64,000 nucleotides of DNA from Limnochordia bacterium (GTDB lineage: Bacteria; Bacillota; Limnochordia; DTU080): positions 1-64,000 of the forward strand of contig JBMNJG010000012.1 of the NCBI GenBank assembly GCA_050951545.1. The letters are read 5' to 3'. This document shows, one piece after another, positions 37,134-46,983 of the stretch. A model generated the notes under the pieces. It made no database searches, was not told the DNA's origin, and saw only the letters and a program-made list of their open reading frames with translations. The translations under genes were made by a program, and so were the position numbers. The number at the start of each line of letters is the position of its first letter. Within the stretch, counting starts at the first letter, position 1.

Positions 37134-37832
37134 GTGTCGTTGGGTCTGGTTCTTCTTTTGGCACTTGCCGCTGCCATCTACTTCGGGTTAGCGCATCGGA
37201 TATTGGACCGCATGCGACTCACGGACGTGCAAGCGCTGATCTTCATTGCAGCGATGATCGCTGGCGGTTTTGTGACCATTCCCATTCCTGTTGGTCAGAT
37301 TGGACTATCGGTAAACGTCGGTGGGGCACTTGTGCCTATTGCGCTCTCCTTGTACTTGCTCTCCAAGGCAGACACGACATGGGAGTGGGTCAGAGCACTC
37401 TTGGCGGCGGTAGGAACCGCCGCTACCATCTGGGCGATTGCCCTGGCGACGGATTTCGGGCCCGAAGCGGGAAGAACAGTATTCATCGATTCGGTCTGGT
37501 TGTACAGCCTTGCTGGAGGCGTGATTGCCTACCTGCTCGGCAGGTCGCGCAGAGCGGCATTCATAGCGGGAACCTTCGGTGTGGTTCTGGCGGACCTGGC
37601 CCACATGGTGCAGTTGTGGACACGCCGGTTACCCGGGATGGTGGCCATGGGTGGGGCAGGTGTTTTTGACACTACGGTGTTGGCTGGCCTCATCGCTGTC
37701 ACTCTCGCCGAGCTTATCGGTGAGTCTAGGGAGCGCATCCAGGGGGGGCCTGAGTTGGGTGGCGATAGACCCTTGGCATTGCGGCAGGACGAAGGGGTGT
37801 CGGAAGACGATTTCCGAGGTGAGGATCTGTGA
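37134..37832 (+). CDS. DUF1614 family membrane protein
   Basis: RILDRMRLTD, NVGGALVP, AYLLGRSRR, MGGAGVFD; multiple TM helices. Confidence 0.8.
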   Translation: MSLGLVLLLALAAAIYFGLAHRILDRMRLTDVQALIFIAAMIAGGFVTIPIPVGQIGLSVNVGGALVPIALSLYLLSKADTTWEWVRALLAAVGTAATIWAIALATDFGPEAGRTVFIDSVWLYSLAGGVIAYLLGRSRRAAFIAGTFGVVLADLAHMVQLWTRRLPGMVAMGGAGVFDTTVLAGLIAVTLAELIGESRERIQGGPELGGDRPLALRQDEGVSEDDFRGEDL

Positions 37833-39004
37833 GAAAGACGACTGTGGCACTGTGCGCGCTAGTGTTTCTGGGTGTATTCGCTCTGATATCCCAAGCTGAG
37901 GAGTGGGGAGAACGAGCGGATGGTGGCTATTATCGAGTTGTGGACCTAGAGGGGAAGTTCCTCACGGTAACGGCTCTTGAGCTCGGCAAGGGAGATCTGT
38001 ACATCGATGCAGAGAATCAGCGTTATGTGATCGATCACTTCAATGGCGACACTGCTGTGGCTCGTCACGATGGTAAAGAGCGTATGCCAGTTATTCGCGA
38101 GGCCAAACAAAGCCTGTGGGCGGGTGCCATCGAGTGGGCGGCGCAGATAATGGGTAGGGAGAGGGTCAATCGCAAGCTGGTAGGCATCTATCACACCCAC
38201 GGTGATGAGTGCTATACACCGACCAGCGGTACCGAATCCCGGACGCCGAGGGGAGACATCTATGAGGTCGGAGCTGCGTTAGCTCAGGCACTGGAGAAGG
38301 AAGGCTATGAGGTTCAGCACTCCTGGGACACTTTTGTGCCGCACGACGGACAGGCCTATCTGCGCTCGCGCCGCACAGCCTCAGAGCTGAGCAAGAGTCG
38401 CCCGCAGACGATGATCGATGTGCATCGTGATGCGGTACCAGATCCTCAGGAGTACCGGACCCAAGTTAGTGGTCAGCCAACGAGCAGAGTTCGCTTAGTC
38501 GTGGGAAGGCAGAACCATCTTCGAGACACCAATCTGGCCTATGCCAAGCGGATCAAGGCGATTGCCGATGAGAAGTTCCCCAATCTCATTCACGGCATTT
38601 TCCATGCCAAGGGTAACTACAACCAGGATCTGGGGCCTCGGATGATCCTGCTTGAGGTCGGTACGCATACGACGACTCTAGCGGAGGCGAAGCGAGCGGC
38701 CCAGTTGATGGCCAGTGTGATTCCGGCAGCGGCGGGAATGGCTCCGGGTACTGCCAGTGGTGAAGCAAGCCAAACCGGGAGAGCGGCTTTGACGACGTTC
38801 TGGTGGGTTCTCGGTCTCGCTATCGTGGGCGGGGTGGCCTGGGTTTTCTTGAATAAGGAGGGTGCCAGTCGTCTACTGAGAAGCATCAGTAGCGTACGGG
38901 CTGGGGGAGTCTTGGGGGCAGGTGAGCCCGATAAGCAAGAGGAGCAAGACGGAACCGTGCATGGTAAGCGTCGCTCGCGTCTTTTTGGGCGACGTCGATG
39001 GTGA
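37829..39004 (+). CDS. spoIIP: SpoIIP-family amidase with a signal peptide and a C-terminal TM anchor
   Basis: IYHTHGDE, AYLRSR, DVHRD, YNQDL, LLEVG zinc-amidase motifs. Confidence 0.85.
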   Translation: MRKTTVALCALVFLGVFALISQAEEWGERADGGYYRVVDLEGKFLTVTALELGKGDLYIDAENQRYVIDHFNGDTAVARHDGKERMPVIREAKQSLWAGAIEWAAQIMGRERVNRKLVGIYHTHGDECYTPTSGTESRTPRGDIYEVGAALAQALEKEGYEVQHSWDTFVPHDGQAYLRSRRTASELSKSRPQTMIDVHRDAVPDPQEYRTQVSGQPTSRVRLVVGRQNHLRDTNLAYAKRIKAIADEKFPNLIHGIFHAKGNYNQDLGPRMILLEVGTHTTTLAEAKRAAQLMASVIPAAAGMAPGTASGEASQTGRAALTTFWWVLGLAIVGGVAWVFLNKEGASRLLRSISSVRAGGVLGAGEPDKQEEQDGTVHGKRRSRLFGRRRW

Positions 39005-39010
39005 CCTACC

Positions 39011-39913
39011 ATGCAACCGATGCTAACGATTGCATTGAGTCTGGCTGTTGGCACCCTGGCTCGATGGTACATGCTGCGCATCGACTATCGCATGTATCCG
39101 AGTTATCCGCAGGGTTATCTCATTCATCTGACATTTGGGGCCATTGCCGCCTCGCTGGGGGCTGTTGCCGTTCCTGCTGTGATGGCAAGAGACTTCCAGG
39201 CAGTTACTTTCTTGGCTTTGGCTGCTACGCAGTTTCGTGAAGTGCGCGCTCTTGAGCGCGAAACGCTACAGAACATGGAGGACACGGAACTGGTACCCAG
39301 GGGTACGGCCTATATTGAGGGGATTGCTCGTGTCTTTGAAGCCCGCAACTACCTTGCTCTTCTCACGTCACTCCTCACGACGCTGGTGGCCCATCTGATG
39401 CCAGCACGTGCCAGCGGGCGCTTAGTAGTGGCCGCTGTTGTGGGCGTATCTGTGCCCTTACTTCTTCGTCGAGCGATGCAGGGACCGCGCATCAAGGACA
39501 TTGCCCGTATCAGCGAGGTGCCGATTGAGTTTGCTGGCCCCCTGCTAGTGGCAGGTGGCGTACACATGATGAATATCGGGCTACCTGACGCGCAGAGGAA
39601 GTACCGCGAACAGGGGGTAGCGATCGCCATCATCCCCAGAGATGCGAATGCCAAAGCGACTCTAGCCAATGCTGGGCAGCATCAGGCCATCGTCCATGAC
39701 GCTGCTGGGCAACTGGGGGTACTCAAGGACACGGGTGAGCCGGAGTATACCCCGCTCGCCCGTCGCGACCCGGTCTCAGGCAGGGTGGTTCTGGTCATCA
39801 TTCCGGCTGAGCGCAATGTCGAGGCCTTGATGATGGCGGTGGGCAATGTGCCTGTTCTTGAGGGAGTAACGCGGCGTCCCCTGAGCGCAAAGGCCGGGCG
39901 TCTTGCTGATTGA
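39011..39913 (+). CDS. YIEGIA family membrane protein
   Basis: DYRMYPSYPQG, AATQFREVR, ELVPRGTAYIEGIARVFEARNY. Confidence 0.93.
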   Translation: MQPMLTIALSLAVGTLARWYMLRIDYRMYPSYPQGYLIHLTFGAIAASLGAVAVPAVMARDFQAVTFLALAATQFREVRALERETLQNMEDTELVPRGTAYIEGIARVFEARNYLALLTSLLTTLVAHLMPARASGRLVVAAVVGVSVPLLLRRAMQGPRIKDIARISEVPIEFAGPLLVAGGVHMMNIGLPDAQRKYREQGVAIAIIPRDANAKATLANAGQHQAIVHDAAGQLGVLKDTGEPEYTPLARRDPVSGRVVLVIIPAERNVEALMMAVGNVPVLEGVTRRPLSAKAGRLAD

Positions 39914-39926
39914 GTGAGGTGAGTGG

Positions 39927-40124
39927 TTGAACGTGGATACTGATCTTAAACGCGACATCGTAGCGACGGTAACCCTTCACAGCGACCGAGTCGGCGGGGG
40001 TGCGCCCATATTCCTGGCTCGTGACCAGAGGGAACTCGAGGCCATCGCAGCGGCTATAGCTAGGGTTGTCATCGGCATGGTACATGCCGTGGGTGAGGGT
40101 ACCTTCATCATCGTTAAGCACTAG
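39927..40124 (+). CDS. Small partner ('capping') protein of YIEGIA
   Basis: IVATVT...VGGGAPIF...IIVKH; directly follows the YIEGIA gene. Confidence 0.8.
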   Translation: MNVDTDLKRDIVATVTLHSDRVGGGAPIFLARDQRELEAIAAAIARVVIGMVHAVGEGTFIIVKH

Positions 40125-40144
40125 CTAAGGGGATCTCAGTCGGT

Positions 40145-40717
40145 ATGAAGATCGTGTATGACGACTATGGTGGAGCGCACTCTACTCCGGTAGCGGCTGC
40201 CCTTCACCTGGGTAGAATGCGTGCAGACAGGTGCCCAACGAATGCAGAGCTGATGGCGCTCCCCCTTTTTGACCGGGTGACCCGGGCCGGCCAGGGCTAC
40301 CTGATCTATATGGGGACTGATGCTGAGGGTCACGAGGTCTACATACTGGGGCGGGGACCCTCAGGTATAATCGTTGAGCGAGCTCTTGTCTCGGGCAGTA
40401 CGCTTGCAGGGGGGCTGCCTGCTTGCACCATGTTTGTGGAGACTCTTTCGTGTGTAAACCTGTGGATGCGAGTTGGCGGGTTTCTCTCGCGTGCTTTGGG
40501 GTGGGTCAGTTTGGGCCGACCGCTGGTGCTGTATGGCACCCGCACGGCTTTTCCGAGTCTGGTCAAGCTGGTCGCTCTGACGAAAAGCAGGGCCTCGATG
40601 CATCGAGAGTGTCGCTGCTTTGTTAGCTCTCGTGGTGAGGATCTCTCCGCAGCAACGTACGACAGTGTATACAAAGGCGCGTTGGCTGGAATTCCATCGG
40701 AGTCGTCTTCCTTGTGA
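40145..40717 (+). CDS. DUF3189 family protein
   Basis: MKIVYDDYGGAHS..AAALHLG, P.FD, MG.D..GHEVY, GGFLSR. Confidence 0.85.
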   Translation: MKIVYDDYGGAHSTPVAAALHLGRMRADRCPTNAELMALPLFDRVTRAGQGYLIYMGTDAEGHEVYILGRGPSGIIVERALVSGSTLAGGLPACTMFVETLSCVNLWMRVGGFLSRALGWVSLGRPLVLYGTRTAFPSLVKLVALTKSRASMHRECRCFVSSRGEDLSAATYDSVYKGALAGIPSESSSL

Positions 40718-40787
40718 GCGTTCTATGCTGTGGAAACAGCAGGAGTAGCCTCTCGGGGAGCGAACTGCACTGAGGGAGGCGCCAGCT

Positions 40788-42107
40788 TTGGCAAACAACA
40801 GACCTGCGGGAGCTCTGATTTCGGATGTGCGACCCGGTTCCATTGCTGCAGAGGCTGAGATCGAGCCTGGTGATCGTCTTCTGCGCATCAATAACCAGTA
40901 TCTCACAGATCTGATCGACTACAAGTACCTTATCAGCGACGAGCATTTGTTGTTGGATGTGTGCAAGGCTGATGGTGACCTGTGGGAGGTAGAGATTGAC
41001 AAGGAGTACGACCAGGACTTAGGACTGGAGTTTGAGTCCGCCGCCTTTGGCGCTATGCGCGAGTGTGCCAACCACTGTGTGTTCTGTTTTGTCGATCAGA
41101 ACCCTCCGGGTCTGCGGTCATCGCTCTATGTGTACGATGACGATTACCGGCTCTCGTGTCTACAAGGGAACTTTGTCACCCTCACGAACTTGACACCAGA
41201 GGAATGGGAACGTATCGGCCGTCTACATCTGTCACCGCTGTACGTGTCTGTGCACGCCATGGATCCAGCGCTACGTGAGAAGCTACTAGGCACTCCCAAG
41301 GCGCGTCAGATACGAGAGCATTTGGACTTCCTGCGCGACCATCATGTGACGGTACATGCTCAGATTGTCCTATGCCCCGGTCTTAACGACGGCCAGCAGC
41401 TGGAATACACAGTCACGCAGTTGGCGCACTATTATCCTAGCGTCCAATCTGTGGCCGTGGTGCCAGTGGGCTTGACGCGCTATCGCGAGGGCCTGCCCTC
41501 CTTGCGCTTGATAACTCGTGATGAGACGCATACACTGATCAAGCAGTTGCATAGGTTGCAGGGCCGTTTCCTGAAGGAAATGGGGACGCGTTTCATGTGG
41601 TTGGCCGACGAGTTCTTTCTCGCCTATGGTTTCCGTCTTCCCGATCGCGCGCATTACGAGGGATTACCGCAGATGGAGAACGGCGTGGGACTGGCGAGGC
41701 AGTTCCATACTGATTTCGCAGCAGCCATGCAGGAGGTAGAGGGTCTGCCGCGTCTGGAGTACCCGGTGACAGCTGCTACTGGCGTGTTGGGGGCGAAGGT
41801 CCTTCAGCCAGCGGTTGCTGCATTACGCTGCCTGAACGTCAAGATTGAGCTTGAAGCTCTGAAGAACCAGTTTTTTGGCGAGACGATCACTGCCACGGGT
41901 CTATTGACTGGGCGTGATCTGATCGAACAGCTCAGAGGGAAGAGTCTTGGTGATGAGCTGCTGCTGCCCTCGGAGATGGTTCGCACCGACGGCTCCGAAG
42001 GCGTGTTTCTTGACGATGTCACGCTCGCTACGGTAAGCGAAGCACTGCAGCTTCCGGTCGTCGTTTTGCGCGGAGCCCGCGATCTTGTCACCCATCTGTT
42101 GAGGTAA
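40788..42107 (+). CDS. DUF512 radical SAM protein with an N-terminal PDZ domain
   Basis: CANHCVFCFVDQ, DDDYRLS, QIVLCPG.NDG, QMENGVG, FLDD. Confidence 0.9.
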   Translation: MANNRPAGALISDVRPGSIAAEAEIEPGDRLLRINNQYLTDLIDYKYLISDEHLLLDVCKADGDLWEVEIDKEYDQDLGLEFESAAFGAMRECANHCVFCFVDQNPPGLRSSLYVYDDDYRLSCLQGNFVTLTNLTPEEWERIGRLHLSPLYVSVHAMDPALREKLLGTPKARQIREHLDFLRDHHVTVHAQIVLCPGLNDGQQLEYTVTQLAHYYPSVQSVAVVPVGLTRYREGLPSLRLITRDETHTLIKQLHRLQGRFLKEMGTRFMWLADEFFLAYGFRLPDRAHYEGLPQMENGVGLARQFHTDFAAAMQEVEGLPRLEYPVTAATGVLGAKVLQPAVAALRCLNVKIELEALKNQFFGETITATGLLTGRDLIEQLRGKSLGDELLLPSEMVRTDGSEGVFLDDVTLATVSEALQLPVVVLRGARDLVTHLLR

Positions 42108-42169
42108 TGGGTGTTGGCATCTCATGTCGTTAGAACAGCATAGAAGGATCCTGAAAAGGAGTCGCTTGT

Positions 42170-43492
42170 GTGGAGAGCAAAGCCGTTGTCGCCATTGTGG
42201 GGCGACCCAATGTAGGCAAATCCGCCCTTTTCAACCGGATTGCTGGCGAACGTATCGCTATTGTGGAGGACATGCCGGGTATTACCCGCGATCGCATCTA
42301 CGCCAACTGCACCTGGCTGAAACGCCATTTCACCCTGATTGATACAGGGGGCATCCTGATGGGCCCTGTAGGCGAGATTGTCTCCGCTACCTTGGAGCAG
42401 GCAAGAATGGCCATGGAGGAAGCCGACGTCATCCTCTTTGTAGTGGATGCGCGCCAGGGTGTGTCACCGTCGGATGAGGCAGTAGCTGAGCTACTGCGCC
42501 AGACAGACAAGCCGCTTATCTTGGTAGCCAATAAGATTGACAGTCGCAATCTAGAAGCGCATATGTATGAGTTCTATAGTCTTGGCATGGGCGATCCTAT
42601 ACCAGTATCGGCTGAGCATGGCAGGGGCGTGGGCGACCTACTCGATCTCGTAGTGGCGCAGCTACCTGAACCCGCCGAAGAGCCAGTTGACGACGATCGC
42701 ATTCGCGTGGCGGTGATTGGGCGGCCCAATGTGGGTAAGTCGTCCTTGGTCAACTCGATTTTGGGCCGCGAACGTGTGATTGTCAGTGATCAACCGGGGA
42801 CAACACGAGATGCTATTGACACGGAATTTGTGCGCGGGGAGACCAGGTTCACGATCATCGATACAGCAGGTGTCAGGCGCAAGGGCCGGGTCGAAACGTC
42901 CGTAGAGTACTATGGCGTCGTTCGTGCGTTACGGGCAGTTGAGCGCAGTGATGTGACCCTTATTCTGATTGACGCGACAGAAGGTGTGACTGAGCAAGAT
43001 GCTCGTTTGGCTGGTTATGCTCATGAAGCTGGGCGCGCCAGCGTGCTTGTCGTAAACAAGTGGGACTTAGTCAGAAAAGACACCGACACCATGAGCGAGT
43101 TTGATGCTCGTATTCGGGACGAACTCAAGTTCCTTCATTACGCACCTATTATGTACGTGTCTGCACGTACCGGGCAGCGCGTAGGCGACATGCTTGACGT
43201 AGTCGAGTATGTGGCCCAGCAGGCTGCTTTGCGTGTAACTACGGGACGTCTGAACGAGGCTCTGCAAGAGGCAGTAGCGCTAAGAGAACCTCCGCATGAC
43301 AAAGGGGTTCAGCTGCGGGTCTATTATGCGGTCCAGATCAGTGTCAAACCGCCGACTATTATCCTGTTCGTAAACCGGCCCGATCTCCTGCATTTCTCAT
43401 ATAGACGCTATCTGGAGAATCGGCTGCGTGAGAGGTTTGGCTTCGTGGGCAGTCCTCTGGTAATGAATGTCCGAGCACGTAAGCGACGGTAG
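42170..43492 (+). CDS. der: Ribosome biogenesis GTPase Der (EngA)
   Basis: Two GRPNVGKS P-loops, DTGG/DTAG, NKID/NKWD, YLENRLRE. Confidence 0.97.
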   Translation: MESKAVVAIVGRPNVGKSALFNRIAGERIAIVEDMPGITRDRIYANCTWLKRHFTLIDTGGILMGPVGEIVSATLEQARMAMEEADVILFVVDARQGVSPSDEAVAELLRQTDKPLILVANKIDSRNLEAHMYEFYSLGMGDPIPVSAEHGRGVGDLLDLVVAQLPEPAEEPVDDDRIRVAVIGRPNVGKSSLVNSILGRERVIVSDQPGTTRDAIDTEFVRGETRFTIIDTAGVRRKGRVETSVEYYGVVRALRAVERSDVTLILIDATEGVTEQDARLAGYAHEAGRASVLVVNKWDLVRKDTDTMSEFDARIRDELKFLHYAPIMYVSARTGQRVGDMLDVVEYVAQQAALRVTTGRLNEALQEAVALREPPHDKGVQLRVYYAVQISVKPPTIILFVNRPDLLHFSYRRYLENRLRERFGFVGSPLVMNVRARKRR

Positions 43493-43516
43493 TGCTAGTA
43501 GTTCGTTTTTTACAGA

Positions 43517-43545
43517 GCATAAACGCATCCAAGCGTCCATATGAT
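43517..43545 (+). promoter_or_regulatory. Sigma-E promoter of spoIVA
   Basis: GCATA-N16-CATATGAT matches ATA-N16-CATAcanT. Confidence 0.65.
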
Positions 43546-43651
43546 GTAGCGTCTAGGAGAAGGCTTATTTGAGCTGTCTTCTGGATATGGCCTCGTTCTG
43601 CCTGGGGGAATGGGGACAGACGCACGCTCTAGCATCGAGGAGGGACGCTTG

Positions 43652-45130
43652 GTGGAGACGTTTGACATCTTTAAGGATATCACCGAGCGAACCGGAGGCA
43701 GCGTCTATATCGGCGTCGTCGGGCCGGTTCGCACCGGTAAGTCCACGTTTATCAAACGCTTTATGGATCTGCTGGTTCTCCCCAACATGAAGGGTCACCA
43801 CGAAAGAGAACGCACGCAAGATGAGCTACCGCAAGGCGGTGCCGGAAAGCAGATAATGACGACACAGCCTCACTTTGTGCCCGACGATCCCGTCACGCTT
43901 TCGCTTCAGGACGGAGTCGTCTTTCGAGTGCGTCTGGTGGACTGTGTAGGCTATCCTGTGGAGGGCGCTCAGGGCTTTTCTGATGACAGTGGGCCGCGAA
44001 TGGTGCGCACCCCTTGGTCTGATGACCCTATTCCGTTCTCAGAGGCAGCGGAGATCGGTACCCGCAAGGTCATCGCGGAGCACTCGACGATTGGTCTCGT
44101 GATCATTACTGACGGTTCCATCACAGATATTCCCAGAGAGGGGTACATTCAGGCAGAAGAAAGGGTTATCTCCGAACTGAAGGAGCTTGGTAAGCCATTT
44201 CTCGTCGTCCTCAATTCCACGCGGCCCGAGAGCCGCTCTGCCCAGGACTTGGCTGCCAGTCTGGAAAGACGGTACGGAGTTGCCGTCTTGCCACTGAACT
44301 GCCTGGAGATGACACAGGCGGATGTCCTGGGCTTACTTCATGAGGTACTCTTTGAGTTTCCCGTGCGTGAGATCGGCGTAAGGCTGCCGACCTGGGTGGA
44401 GGAGCTGGGGGCTGACCACTGGCTACAGCAGGCTATGCTGGGTACGATGTCTGAGGCCGTCGAGCCGATCTTTCGTTTGCGTGATGTGGATGCCAGTCTG
44501 CATGCCTTGTCGGCTGCCGAGCACGTGGCTGGCGTGAAACTGATCAGTATGGAGTTGGGAACCGGCTCTGCCACATTGCAGGTCAATCTGGACCCGGGCC
44601 TTTTCTATGAGGTGTTGCAGGAACTGACGGGCTTCGAGATCACAGGAGATCAGCAGCTCCTTCGTCTCATGAACGAGTTGTCTGTGGCTAAACGCGCCTA
44701 TGACAAGGTAGCTGAGGCCCTGAGCCACGTGGAGGAGCGCGGATATGGTATCGTAACTCCCCGCCTTGAGGACATCACCTTTGAGGAGCCGGAGATCATC
44801 CGCAAAGGAGGCCAATTTGGGGTTAAGCTCACTGCCAGTGCGCCCTCCATCCATATGGTAAGGGCCAGCATTATGACGGAAGTCACGCCATTCGTGGGGA
44901 CGGAGAAACAGGGAGAAGAGCTAGCACGCTACTTGTCCGAAGAGTTCGAGAAAGAGCCGGCGAAGGTCTGGAACTCCGATTTCCTGGGGAAGTCGCTGCA
45001 AGAACTCATCAAGGAGGGCATTCAGAGCAAACTGACTCGCATGCCTGATCATGCACAGGCCAAGCTGCAAGATACTCTGACGAAGATTGTGAATGAGGGC
45101 AGTGGAGGACTCATCTGCATCATCCTGTAG
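43652..45130 (+). CDS. spoIVA: Stage IV sporulation protein A
   Basis: YIGVVGPVRTGKSTFIKRF, DCVGY, HSTIG, C-terminal NEGSGGLICIIL. Confidence 0.97.
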   Translation: METFDIFKDITERTGGSVYIGVVGPVRTGKSTFIKRFMDLLVLPNMKGHHERERTQDELPQGGAGKQIMTTQPHFVPDDPVTLSLQDGVVFRVRLVDCVGYPVEGAQGFSDDSGPRMVRTPWSDDPIPFSEAAEIGTRKVIAEHSTIGLVIITDGSITDIPREGYIQAEERVISELKELGKPFLVVLNSTRPESRSAQDLAASLERRYGVAVLPLNCLEMTQADVLGLLHEVLFEFPVREIGVRLPTWVEELGADHWLQQAMLGTMSEAVEPIFRLRDVDASLHALSAAEHVAGVKLISMELGTGSATLQVNLDPGLFYEVLQELTGFEITGDQQLLRLMNELSVAKRAYDKVAEALSHVEERGYGIVTPRLEDITFEEPEIIRKGGQFGVKLTASAPSIHMVRASIMTEVTPFVGTEKQGEELARYLSEEFEKEPAKVWNSDFLGKSLQELIKEGIQSKLTRMPDHAQAKLQDTLTKIVNEGSGGLICIIL

Positions 45131-45184
45131 CTGCTATCACTTGACGGCTATGCTGATGGTTCCCGCCCACAACCCCCCAGGTAT

Positions 45185-45225
45185 CAGCGATGAGTCGGGA
45201 GTGTTGTCCCGGCTCATCGCTGTTT
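45185..45225 (+). terminator. Terminator of spoIVA
   Basis: CAGCGATGAGTCGGGA/TCCCGGCTCATCGCTG followed by TTT. Confidence 0.65.
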
Positions 45226-45255
45226 ATCGGATGGTGAGCATACTTCTGCCTGTAA

Positions 45256-45453
45256 CGGGAGACGCTATCCACGGCTAGCGAGGCACTGAGTTCAGGCGAT
45301 AGGGTGCAGCTCACAGGTTTTGGCACGTTTGAAGTGAGAAACGGCCAGGAACGCCTCGGTCGAAATTCTCAGACAGAGGCCGAGATCGTGATTCCCGCGC
45401 GTCGGGTACTTGTTTTCCGGGCCGGGAAACCTCTGAAAGATACCCTTCAATAG
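45256..45453 (+). pseudogene. hbs: 5'-truncated HU (HBsu) DNA-binding protein gene
   Basis: Reads ...EALSSGDRVQLTGFGTFEVRNGQERLGRNSQTEAEIVIPARRVLVFRAGKPLKDTLQ*; in-frame TAA at 45253; no MNK-type N-terminal helix or RBS. Confidence 0.75.
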
Positions 45454-45476
45454 CTTAGTAGGATCTGTAGCCAAGG

Positions 45477-45507
45477 AAAAAGCCAGCGGGGATACTGCTG
45501 GCTTTTG
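45477..45507. terminator. Intrinsic terminator after the HU relic
   Basis: AAAAGCCAGC...GCTGGCTTTT. Confidence 0.7.
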
Positions 45508-45618
45508 CGCGGGCGAAATTGCGGTGTTCATCGCCAGGACATTTCACTGTAGATAGCCAAGTGAATAGCGATGTGGTACGCTTGGCTGAGGCCAAGCGGC
45601 AGAGTTCAGCGTGGTCGA

Positions 45619-45647
45619 TTTACCGCGAGGTTCCCTCATGGTATAAT
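45619..45647 (+). promoter_or_regulatory. Sigma-A promoter of the hom operon
   Basis: TTTACC-N17-TATAAT with an extended TG. Confidence 0.65.
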
Positions 45648-45683
45648 CTTTAATCAGTTATGTCTGCTGGAGGCGATGTCATC

Positions 45684-46979
45684 TTGGAGCCGATAAAGAT
45701 AGCCTTGCTCGGTCTGGGCAATGTCGGAAGCGGTGTATGGGAGATTCTTCAGCGCAGCAGAGATCAGATAGCGGTTCGTGCTGGTGCTTCGCTGGAGATC
45801 GGTGGTATTCTGGTGCGCACTATTGACAAGCCGCGTCAGGTGACCCCAGAATCGAGCCTGCTGACTACCGATGCGTACGCCCTGTTGGATGATCCTACCA
45901 TGCCGATTGTGGTGGAGACCATCGGGTGCCCCGGAGGCAGCACGGATCCAGCCCGCAGCTACATACTGCATGCTCTACGAGCAGGTAAGCATGTGGTGAC
46001 AGCCAACAAAGAGGTGTTGGCGAAGCATGCGAATGAGCTGAGTGCAGCATCGGCACAAGGTGGAGGGGGCCTTTACTACGAAGCGTCGGTGGCTGGGGGG
46101 ATTCCCATCATCAAGGCGCTAAGAGAGTCCTTGGCAGCCAACCGGGTGCAAGCTCTGATGGGCATCATCAATGGGACCACCAATTACATGCTTACCAGAA
46201 TGGCGAGCATGAAGAGTAGCTTCGCTTCGGTCTTAGCCGAAGCACAGGCCCATGGCTATGCCGAAGCCGATCCGACCTCTGACGTCGAGGGGCACGACGC
46301 CGCATATAAGCTGGCGATACTAGCCTCGATAGCTTTCGGTGCGGATATCGAGGTTGGCGATATCTATCGCGAGGGCATCACTCGCATTACCCCCGAGGAT
46401 CTTGAGTATGCACAGGAGTTGGGGATGGTGATCAAGCTGCTCGCTATCGCCAAAGAAGAGGATGGCGCTGTCGAGGTGCGCGTGCATCCGACAATGATCC
46501 CCGTTGCCCATCCCTTGGCCAGCGTATCGGATGTCTTTAATGCAGTGTTCGTGCAAGGCGACGCTGCGGGCGACCTAATGTTCTACGGACGGGGTGCTGG
46601 CAGTCTGCCGACAGGCAGTGCGGTTGTAGCCGACTGTATCGACGCCGCTCAGAACCTGCGCCGTGGCGTGAGCGCTCCCCTCAATGGGCTGCGCCAGCGC
46701 CCGGTACTTCTTCCTATGGATGACACGGTCTCTCGCTACTACGTTCACGCCCGCGTGGTTGATAGACCTGGTGTGTTGGCAGCCATCGCTACCGTCTTTG
46801 GCGAGGCGGAAGTGAGTATTGAGTCGGTCATTCAGAAGGGGCAACGGCAAGACCCCGTGAGCCTTGTCTTTGTCACGCACCGCGTCAAGGAGCGGAATCT
46901 GCGATCAGCGTTAAGTCGGATCGATAACCTGTCTGTCGTGCGTGAGATCAGTAACGTGATTCGGGTGGAAGGGGATTGA
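45684..46979 (+). CDS. hom: Homoserine dehydrogenase with an ACT domain
   Basis: GLGNVG, VVTANK, EASVAGGIP, NGTTNY, GYAEADP, DRPGVL. Confidence 0.95.
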   Translation: MEPIKIALLGLGNVGSGVWEILQRSRDQIAVRAGASLEIGGILVRTIDKPRQVTPESSLLTTDAYALLDDPTMPIVVETIGCPGGSTDPARSYILHALRAGKHVVTANKEVLAKHANELSAASAQGGGGLYYEASVAGGIPIIKALRESLAANRVQALMGIINGTTNYMLTRMASMKSSFASVLAEAQAHGYAEADPTSDVEGHDAAYKLAILASIAFGADIEVGDIYREGITRITPEDLEYAQELGMVIKLLAIAKEEDGAVEVRVHPTMIPVAHPLASVSDVFNAVFVQGDAAGDLMFYGRGAGSLPTGSAVVADCIDAAQNLRRGVSAPLNGLRQRPVLLPMDDTVSRYYVHARVVDRPGVLAAIATVFGEAEVSIESVIQKGQRQDPVSLVFVTHRVKERNLRSALSRIDNLSVVREISNVIRVEGD

Positions 46980-46983
46980 ACTG

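Noticed and set aside
45510-45610. Small hairpins (CGCTTGGC/GCCAAGCG, TTCACT/AGTGAA) as an ncRNA
   Set aside because: They lie upstream of the hom promoter, are short, and match no family I recognise
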